DNA of 64,000 bases from contig NC_134027.1 in NCBI RefSeq assembly GCF_964204645.1, forward strand, positions 25,878,560 through 25,942,559, read 5' to 3'. The position numbers were made by a program, and so were the translations under genes. Source of the stretch: Tubulanus polymorphus (lineage: Eukaryota > Animalia > Nemertea). Below the pieces are notes generated by a model, which saw only the letters and a program-made list of their open reading frames with translations, was not told the origin of the DNA and ran no database searches. This document shows, one piece after another, positions 53,739 through 64,000 of the stretch (within the stretch, counting starts at the first letter, position 1; the number at the start of each line of letters is the position of its first letter).

Positions 53739-56011
53739 CAGGAATACAGTCGACAGGTTGAATAAACTACATTATACTAGCTCGTGGAAACAAGGAAACA
53801 TTTCGGTCTTGCCTAGCATTTGGATCTAACTAGAAAAAACTAGAAACTAGAAAATAAACTAGAACTTGAATATGACCGATGGCCAAACCCGGTGGATCTT
53901 ACGTTGCGCAAAGAGAAGCTTATTTTGGCGAGAAAGATCTAGCGCAAGATCCCAGTGACTGATGCAGGCAATGCTCACGCTGACTGTCACTTTCAGGACT
54001 CATCACCTGTTCTTTCTTATTGCAATATACATTACCTGTCTCTAATCCATCATCTTTTACTGCTACAATCAATATCATCGGTAACATTTTCAATTTTATC
54101 GAATTCTAAAGTTTCAGCTCAAAATTTGACGATATGTTGTTAGGTCGCATGATATATCTATACGTTATGATTACATAGCCCTTTCGTAGCTAATAGACGA
54201 AATTAGAAAATTTAATTAATTTCGATAAAAAAGAAAATTTACAAAAGAATTCATCAATCAAAATAAGCCAACGATGGATTTTGATGAAATTAATAGAAAA
54301 AATGTCATCGTTTGAAATGAAACAATGATAGCAGCGAGACTAGCATTCATTGAAATTCTCAAATCGGTCTCGAAATCTGAATTATTTGAAAAATTATTTT
54401 CGAAAGCGGCGTGAAAATTCTAGATAATTTGTTTCAAAGATGGATGGGTCTATCAGTCATTGGTAATAAAGATGGATTGATATTCAAATGGATGCATTTG
54501 TTTCATTTGGTTGTATTTTAATAGACAGGTTGCTCAGTCACTCGGCGCTTATTGATGAACGTGTGATAGAAGCCAATTATAATTTACTAACTTTCTTGAA
54601 GTCCGCGACAAACTAATCGTCATTAATTGACATCGCTTAACGGAGATCACTGTATATATATAAGCACGTGGAATTCGTTTAAATACGATAAATAAAGATT
54701 AAGCCCGTCTATCACACATTTTACTCCTTATGTCCTTGCTATATATATAGTGGCCTTTAAGATCTTCTGCTTGGCCCTCATTAGACAATATTCTCAATTT
54801 TCTTCTAATACGATTGTTTTTGTACCGTGGCCTACTTCTTCAATCTTAATATCATACTATTCTTTCTTCTGAAAATATGTCGAAGCTCAAGTGAAGCTTC
54901 TTGAACTCATTGGTGTACCCACCTAGACCAAACAGGCAGGGTTAACTTCTCACGGTTCAAATTAAAACGGGTCCATCAAACTAGACGGTGTGGTCATAGA
55001 GCCTATACGAGGAAGCATTAGTGAGATCCACGTATAATCTAGTTTATACGTCTATGGTGAGATTCATCCTTCAATTTTTTGAGCGCCGTTATTAGCAGAT
55101 TCCAGGTTCCACTTTCCCTCCTAGAGGAGAAACACCTTCGACCGAGAAACTCTTCCAGCAGCTTTACTACGATTCGAACCTATGAACCGTCGATTGAAGA
55201 ACAGTATCCAGATAGTCATAACGATTCCCCTTGCTTGACGCCGGTGAGTTTCGCTATCGACTCTCTTCATGTTTTCGGTGATGTTTTGCTTCATGATTAA
55301 TTCCGGTTCTACGCGTTATTTATAGCACGATCGTTCTCATTTAGTTAATGGCTTATCATCTGATTTTTCCAACCTCCAGATTTGCAGCGTTCATTTTGCA
55401 GCGCGCGTTAATATACCGTACGGCCTTCTGTTATGATAGCATTAATTCGCTGATGAGCGAGTTGAGCCGGTTCGCTGCGGAACGAAGGAGGATATCTAAG
55501 CTAATGAATTCAATTAGTAAACCAGCTACGATAGGCTTATAACCGGTTTTAATAAGCTAATGGGTGGATACGAGTATCAATTAAGGCGCAATACGAAACG
55601 CGTATGATATTGATGAAAGTATAAATAAAGATTTATTAATTATGATTGGCGAAGAGCCTACACACACTTTCGCTATCTAATCACTCATTCCGGATATGTG
55701 TTAGTCAACAGGTTGCCGTTTCTAATAAACTGCCTTTCCTTTTAATATTGGTTTCAAATGATTAATGTATCCATTAGCATTATGACTGCAGATTATCGCG
55801 TATATACACTTAATGTTCATTGTTTGCAATCTTCGGCGCGAAAAATTATCTATTTGAAGAGTCTATAACGATGTGCTTCAGTAGACAACGATTTCATCGA
55901 AACTGTATCCTTTTCCCCCTTTTATCTTGAAAGTATATAAAAAATACCCGCAATATTGAATTTATAAAAACTATATAGGTTAGTTTTCAGTCCTTCCCGT
56001 AGATAAAACCG

Positions 56012-56114
56012 GGCCCGGTTTCATAGACTTACCATTTACTTAAACCCGGGGGCTAACTTAATTCATTGTCCCCAGCCCCGGGATCAAGTTAATACCAGTC
56101 TGTAAAACTGGCCT
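56012..56114. mobile_element. PIF/Harbinger-type MITE family C
   Basis: ggcccggtttcatagac...gtctgtaaaactggcct[cag]; homologous to 28224-28290. Confidence 0.7.
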
Positions 56115-57040
56115 CAGATCATTTTCGTTTCAGATGGTGTATGTTAAATTCAGTTATCTTAGATTATTTTCTAGTGTGTAAAGTTAGTTAAAGAATATCT
56201 GTCCATGTGACATCAAAAAATGCTTGAACCCATCATGTTTGAAATGAAATATCAAGTAACAATCTAGAATTAAATTCATTTCAAATACATTTCAAAAGAT
56301 GGGTAGAAGAATTCTACCCCCCCCCCCCCAAAAAAAAAAAACATCAGTGCCTTGAGGTGTAACAGATCTTCAATATTGTGTGGGTCTTATACATACTACA
56401 CTAGTTGCGCTATTTAAATTTAGACTTGTTTTCACTGGATGATATAGCTTAACTTTTGGAGCTGCTTTCATCTAGTTCTCTGTTCACCAACTGGGTTGAA
56501 AATAAGTCTAAATGGTTCGACTATTTGACTTGATGAATCTACACAATACTAGACTGACTGCGACTAACAGTCATTTAACTTGAATGCACTCACGGGGGTT
56601 TAGAGCTGCCCGTATAAGGCAAACTGTGACTGAAGAGCTGAAGCCATTTCACGATAGATCAACAGAGTCCAGCTCACAACCAAATGATGTCGTCGCTTTT
56701 AATCACGAACGCGAAACGAATGTTTTTAATCAGCTTTCGGCGCAATTGTGTTTGTGTTGGTCATGCAGAAAAATAACTAGCTAAAGTTATTACATCTGTG
56801 ATGTCGGTCAGTACTGATTAGGTCCTGCAGCGGTGGCAGCGTTCTCGTAGATCGAGCTATAGTTAATGTGATTGGTAATGTATCCTGTCATTCACACAAC
56901 ACTGAACATACCAACCAATCACTATTCATATTCATATCAAAACTTTTTTTATGAATTATCTTCCGATACTGGTCATGATGACGCTCTCTCCGTGAGCCCG
57001 AGTATAGTATGTTATCAGCTATTAGAGCCGCCGCGCGTTA

Positions 57041-57318
57041 GGCCCAACGTACACGACGCAGGGAAACACGCGGAAACATGAAACATAGACATGTTTCCGA
57101 GCGTTTCCTTGTGTCGTGTTCGCTAACGAGAAGAAACATGGTTTCGGGAACCGATATCAAGAAATGTTTGTTTCTGTTTTTCTGTGTTCATGCACTTCCA
57201 TGTTTCCATGCGTCGTGTGCATTACGAGAAACATGGCTTCGGGGGCAAGTTTCCGAGATCAAACATGTTTCTTTCCGTGTTTCCCTGTTTCAATGCATCG
57301 CGCGTGCGTTCGTGGGCT
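57041..57318. mobile_element. GAAACA/TGTTTC MITE, near-complete copy with TTA duplication (Harbinger-like)
   Basis: [tta]ggcccaacgtacacgacgc...gcgtgcgttcgtgggct[tta]. Confidence 0.75.
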
Positions 57319-58511
57319 TTATAAACAGATTTGTTACGATGTCGTAAAAACGTGAATTTTGATGAAAATCCCGAACGAATCTCGAAATGAAGATAATCTT
57401 AAAATCTTTTTGCCTAACACCAACATGGTGCAGTAATGGACTTAAAAAATCTTTAATAGCAAACGAAAACCAATGAAACATTACGGGTGGACGTGAGATC
57501 GTATTCACACCGACAACTTGGATGTCGTCTCATTTGGGGGAAACTTAATTTGTGTACCGAGGGTATATTTTAGCGTATCAGCGGGTTTTAACATCATTGT
57601 TATTTTTTATCATTGCTTTTCCTGTCACAAACAATAACCCGTAACATCATCTCCGATGAAAATTAGATCCGTTCTTGTGTTAAGAGCTTTACTTCGAAAC
57701 TAACGCTAGCTGGATGCGTTATTGTATAGCATGGATGTAAATTCCGCGCTCTCTAAGTTTATCGAATCTACGCCGGGTTTTTTTCTGCGTAAATATTTTG
57801 GATCCGACACCGTTCTCAAGACACCTAACATAAATAAACGGCAGTGAGTTGAATCATAAGACCGCGGCCGCCGACAGGAAAACCATTTGCTCAAACCATT
57901 AATGTGAAAGCACGTGTTTTTTCCGTTGACTCGCAATTACTACCGTCGCCTAAAATATGCATATTAAATCATATTTTATACCATGCAGCATTCATTTTAA
58001 CCGACTCGACTAAAACTCAATTTCATCTTCACTGTCAGCCTCATCAACTCGACGTTACAAATTTCCCCCGGGCAGTGCAGTACCACCTCGGGTAGTATTC
58101 CAGCAGCAAACGTCACGATCATCATAAAGAATCGTACTCATAATTAGAAATAAATCTCCGGTCGGCGATTGCGTATAACCACGAATTATTTCTGATTTTT
58201 GCCGATATTCGAATCGTCGCTTATTCCCAGGCCGCGTCCTGGAACTAAACCGCGACGCTTTTTAGTGGGTAACAGTCTGTTGAATAGTCAGACATCTTTA
58301 TAAGCAGCCATCCCGCCAATTCGAACTACCGGGATTAGCTTCGTAATCTAAAGAGCTTCGTGACTAGGTCCAAAAAACTGTTTCAATGTTCCTATCATAA
58401 CTATGTCCTACTTGTGACCTGTTTGGGGTTTTCGACATTTCATAATTAACGGTATTAATGAAAATTTGAATAAAAAACTTACGGTTATTTCACTATGCCG
58501 TGTATCTAGTC

Positions 58512-58745
58512 CCAAGTTGTTAGATTGGCAATATAATCAAAATGGACTTAGATTGGTCTTAGGTTGTTACATTGGCTATGATAAGCTTAGGCTGGTCTTA
58601 AGTTGTTAGATTGTTTATACACAACCGAAATAAACTCAGACTGGTCTTAAGTTGTTATAATGGGTATAGAACCAAAATGAACTTAGACTGGTCTTAAGTT
58701 GTTAGAATGGTTATAGAACCAAAATGAACTTAGACTGGTCTTAAA
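58512..58745 (-). repeat. About 5 tandem 47 bp units of MITE family A
   Basis: agactggtcttaagttgttagaatggttatagaaccaaaatgaactt repeated. Confidence 0.85.
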
Positions 58746-59594
58746 TGACAGCCATGAATCCAGTCTATGTCGGTCTGTTATTGAGTTGGTCCTGCCACAG
58801 GGAGGCGTATAGCAGATTACTGAATGCTGTCTGCCAGACACGTTTTAAAAGGTGAATCAGTGAATTTACTGTATTCTCCCGCCGGCAATTGATTTAAACA
58901 CAAAAAAATTCCAAGCGTCGCTTTTAATGCGGTCTTTATATCGACAGTTCGTCTTCGGTTCCGATATTTTTACGGATAGATGATTAATGCTGGGACTCGA
59001 ACCTGCTATGCATAATTTCCTCGACTGATTCTGAATATTGACCTCGAATCCCACACACAGAACTATAAGCGTAAAAAAAAAAATTAAAATTTCAAATTTC
59101 CTTAATGGCCACTTAATGGCCACGTAATCAATATTTGAAGCGAGATAATTAAATTTTCAAAAATAATGAAAATGAAAGGAAATAAAATTCATAATTACTT
59201 CCAGCAACTTTGAATCTATCTGACATATATAGCAGTGTTCAATTCAAGGTCTATTCTTATAATCACGCCTTTTTTCCTTTCTAATTACAAAAAGCTTTTA
59301 AAACTTCGGTAGGATCGAATATCGTTCTATGGAAATTGTTAGCAATCAAGGATATTTTGTCTCGTTCCGACACGGACTGTAGTTAAAACCAATTTACATC
59401 TGAAACAGGTTTTCTTTTCTTTTCGAATATAAACTCTGTTGTTATTGCATGAATATTGACAGATTGATGGAATGAATTGTTTCGCAAATACGATAGCGAG
59501 CTCTGTCCATCGGTCAGCGGGCTTAATACCTTGTCTGGCGTAACCCGGGTTCGAGCCCCTGACATTCACTTCCAGTGTGTACCAAACTCTTTTA

Positions 59595-59720
59595 GGGGTT
59601 TTATCTTTTTTTTAAATTAAAAACCGACCACTAATTAAGAAATTTGAAATCGATATTTATTTAGCATTAGGTCAGGCACTTATGTTTCGATAACGTCTCT
59701 AGAGGTTATCGTCTGGTGCG
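59595..59720 (-). mobile_element. Hammerhead family 1-like element, core mutated
   Basis: Minus strand: GCAC-CAGACGA-taacctctagagacgttatc-GAAAC-ata-a-GTGC, followed by aataaa and ggtttt as in 5046-5160. Confidence 0.5.
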
Positions 59721-61102
59721 GAGGCAGAATTCATCTCTCGTTTGAAACATAGACGATACAGTGTGATTGACCTTTCTTCAGTCAGACTCATTTCTAATAA
59801 AGGCTGATAGATACTGATTGCAGTGTTAGGTCGGAATCAGGGATAATATCATATCCACGCCGGTGTCACGGCAAAATATGGAAAATTTTAATTTTCTTTT
59901 ATTCCTTTGTTGCTTTGCGCTTCGATGCACATTTCATCTCCGCCGACCGGCAGCTCGGAATGGCCGACTGCATCTCGACTATCTAAGCTCCACCGATTCC
60001 GCTCTGCAGTCTAGTTAAGTACGCGAAATATTCGATAGATTGTTTTCCACGATTTTATAATTAAAATCGCGGTTTCAGTCACACCTCGGAGTGCGCGTCT
60101 CAGGAGAACTGCTCTGTTGAGTAAAAATGATGAACTTTCCACGTCACTGATCAATACCTTACACGAGACGCTACCGCGCCGACGCCGCCGCTGCTGTACA
60201 GCGAACTCTTTATATTATAACACAGAATTAATTTCAAAAGACGAAAATGCTCGCGGATTTTTCGATGCGATCGACCCGGTCTTAATAAGGTCCTGCGAGA
60301 CGTGAATCCTTCACCATTTATCAAATTTCTGTTGCAAATTAAATTAGGTTTTTGACTGGCGTTTTAAGGAATTATATATGGCATGAAATAATCCTGGGAT
60401 TCGAGCCGGATTAGGCGGCGATTTCGACGGATGGAAATTAGACAATTTGCTAAATACGGACGGACACATTTTTGTCACGAGGCGAAAATCGTTATTTACA
60501 GAACTGAGCGCGTGAGAATTAAATGATATAAAGTAACGTTACGCAGATGTTTATAGAATTACGGAGAGAGGGGGAGGGAGGGGGAGGGGGAGAGGGAGAG
60601 AGTATCACTTGAAGGTTCATGTGAAAATGTCACACAGAAATAAATGTCTGCGATTTCTCGTTAGACTAACTAAGTTTATTTGAAAGATACAAACCATCTT
60701 TGCGGTAGCTACAATGTTTGGTCCAGGTGAATTCTATGGGCAAAAATATTGCTTGTGGTATGGGCACTACATACATTTCTGGTTGTTTCATTTTTAAATG
60801 ATTTTCGATTGACCTTTTGAATTATCATTGGTTCCTAGAGTGATTGATCCTTAACACCGTGGAGACCGTGTCGCACCAGGAGTGTTTCATATATCGGTAT
60901 AGTTCGGCTCATTTTCCGGGCTCCATGGGCAGTGAGTGAACAGTGAAGACGATTAGTAAGTAAGACCAGACCCTGATCGATTTTTTAAACCACTAAACCA
61001 TTGAACTAGGAATGATACCAACGGGTCGGGGGTTTTTCGACATGGAATAAAGCTCAAGAGAGAAATAAGGTTTATTTCATGGAGTAGATATCTAGAAGTA
61101 TT

Positions 61103-61333
61103 ATCCACGTGGAACGTACGTAAAGCCCATGAGTGGTTTCCACACATGGAATAAGAAGCCCATGAGTCGTTTCCACGTGGGACATACGTTAAGCCCATGG
61201 GTGGGTTCCACACATGGAATAAGAAGCCCATGAGTCGTTTCCGCGTGGAATATGAGTAGCCCATGAATAGTTTCCACGTGGGATAAGAAGCCCATGAGTC
61301 ATTTCCACGCTCTGGAATGTATCCACGTGGAAT
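61103..61333. repeat. Minisatellite of ~32-36 bp units (~7 copies) with CCACGTGG palindromes
   Basis: ttccacgtgg...agcccatgag repeated, with alternating unit types. Confidence 0.85.
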
Positions 61334-64000
61334 ATAAAGTCGATGAGAAGTGAGATTTCCACTGATAACTGCATAGATAGATTTAACTGTCAGACGAATT
61401 GACGACAGACAGTTGGAAAAACTGAAGAACGGAGAAGAACTAACCCTTAACGAACATAATGCTATTTCTAGCTGGCGCGCGTAATTAAATCCTGGTCTTA
61501 ACACCTGAGGTCAGAATGTTCTACAATCTACCGATATTAGAATAAATATGAGGCTTTTCTTCCGATCACAGAAAGTCAAATTATGTAAAAACGGGCCGGA
61601 ATTGTCACTGGAGTCCAATTTGCCTTGTAATAGACTACCGAGAATAAAGCATACCAGATGAGCACCATATTGATAAGTGATAAAATTGTCGATGGCCATT
61701 ACGACTGGCGGTGCAGTCTAAATTTCTTTATATAACTATAATCTAGACGAGGGACGACTAGCATACGAAAAATATGACTTCGTTATAGTTGTCTCAGCCG
61801 CCGCACGGCCAATTGACGTGATCACCACTCGGGGAATATGAAACCTTCGTTCGCGATAATCTATTGTGTTGTACAAGTTTCACAGTTAAAAACTTGATAA
61901 GTGCGAAACTAGAATAAAAATTAATAATTTCTTGTGTGTGTATATCAGAAGAAATCGCGTCGTGTCTTCAGAAAATAGATGCCACCTACAGCGGAATGAA
62001 AGAATAGAATCTATTTTACGAGAATAAATATCTAGAATAGCCCCACGTGTGGAGATGAGATGGTGAGGTTAAAAATCCGCTGATTATAGTTTAGAAAATT
62101 CAAATTCAAATTTATCAATCAAGAATTAAGATCAAAAGACACAAAGTTTCACATTCTTCGTCAGGCGCGACGAGATAACAAAACCGAGGGGTATACACAA
62201 GATCAATGCAAATTTTGGCTAAAAAGCTTTCTAACCTTCACACTTCGTAGAAGATGATCTGAAGCATATGAAAATAACATAATACCATAAAACTCTGCAC
62301 CACAGTCCTCTGAGTTATAATTTGATTCAAGTTTTTTAGTTTACTCATCGAAAATGAACTAATTTTAACTCTAGTTTATTCTGAAATAGGATTTGGGGTC
62401 AAATAAGATTTTTCATTCAGAAATTCATTTATCATACTTCATAAACGTATCATTTATCCATTATATACAAGCTAACCTATAAAGACTTAAAAAAAACAAA
62501 ATCTCCAATATAACGTATTACATAATCACGTACGGTTGCATATGTCGCGGATTAGACAAGACTCCGCGTGGCGCAGTAAAATACCAATGGTGGATTGACT
62601 GATCTTTTTACCAATCAAAAACAGAAATTAGAACGGAGGAATTAATCAGCGAGAAGTGATTGTATTTCACCCCGTTAATGAAAGCTTGATGGGAAATTGC
62701 ACAAGTCCACTTAGATGGATTCGTGTAATTAAACCTACGGTGGTTTTACACCCTGCGTCGCTGCTACGGTTGCTGCTGCTGCTGCTGCTGCTGCTTTGTG
62801 GGGTGATCATTAAAAATTGAAATCCGTATTTCTCACCATATCGCGACGCGTTCGGATTATAACAGCAACTTCTTTCAAAGTCAAAACGATTTCAACTGAA
62901 ATAGATTTGCGTAATTCTTAGAAAAACACTAACAACAAACTTGAGCAATCTGAACTTTACCTGTTTAATACATACATTCATACATTCATTGTCGTTTAAA
63001 GCTAATTTTAGAGGAAATGCCGTTTTAATGGCCGTCAAGCGAAATCGCCTAAGAAATAAAGGTGAAAGTAACATTTGACGGCCAGTTGACGGCCGAAATG
63101 ACGTATGCGAACATCAATGTATACCATTTAGAAATAGTTCCGAGACTTTGTTTCATTAGTGCGGGATTTCTATATTACACGCATGAGTGAAACAGTGCTC
63201 TGGTCCTATAGTCTTACAAACCACGCTGAGATAGCAAAAAACCGTTCTATTCTTACTACCGGTGCCTGGTATTAACTTATTGACAGCTCTAAACCCGAAC
63301 CGCGCGTGGTTAGCTATGATTCGTTTGTAATTTGCATTTTGATGACTTTTTCATGGACAGTTGATATAATAACATTTTGTCTGATATCCATTAAATAAAT
63401 TTATCGCATTATTGCCTCGCGGATCGTTGCGAGAGAAATCGTCGCCTTTTTTCATACTGTCTCAAAGTCATTATACAAGAAAATACGCGCAAAACCGATT
63501 GGAAATTACTGAAATCGTGCGTCATTCACCAGCAAATGAATCTAGTCGAAAATAAATGGGAAAACCTATAAAAATACAAAATGGTATCGACGTATCAGCG
63601 CGACGCACTAGTCGCACTGCGAGAGAACATCCAGCATTCAGATCACCGAGCCTATACATCATAACATACCTATCAAAAACTGATGAAGTCTAGAAGATAT
63701 TTTTGTATACATGGATAACTCCGCTTAATTCGTATCTTCGGGGACCGTTGATGATTTTCATATGGATGATTAAGTAAAGTATATGAGTACTTTCAAATTC
63801 CAACATCCCCAACGTGGTCACACACACAGTCCTAACCTTACCATCTTAAATAAAGCCTGGATGATTCAGGAAATTCAGGAAGCTGTTGTCAATTAATAAA
63901 CTCTGAATTGAATTGACCGGCAACCAGTCTAGCCCGGTCTAGTTGATGACGTAGTGCACATCCAATCAAAAATTTATTGTTGAAGACATTGTTTTGAAAC

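Noticed and set aside
60953-61504. 183 aa minus-strand ORF
   Set aside because: Runs through the minisatellite; no recognisable domain or splice support.

Overview
Gene-poor, AT-rich eukaryotic (animal) genomic DNA; the GPCR type and repeat content suggest a marine invertebrate or lophotrochozoan, which is an inference. Two protein-coding loci are supported. One is the last two exons of a + strand coiled-coil gene (1560-1640 and 4120-4842, phase-0 GT-AG intron). The other is an uninterrupted class A peptide (FMRFamide-receptor-like) GPCR ORF (31174-32316) with a probable spliced, uORF-containing 5' leader. The rest is non-coding: several PIF/Harbinger-type MITE families with CWG or TTA target duplications, Tc1/mariner-like and other fold-back MITEs, a 76-77 bp and a 47 bp tandem array (the latter grown inside a MITE), microsatellites and retroposon tails. 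The most notable hidden signal is two families of short, often palindromic elements carrying minimal type I hammerhead-ribozyme cores (CUGAnGA-stem II-GAAACGUH), typical of Penelope-like element termini. One intact core lies in sense just downstream of the coiled-coil gene's stop codon, and a back-to-back multi-core cluster lies at about 51.8-52.2 kb. All calls were read by eye; no searches or folding programs were run.
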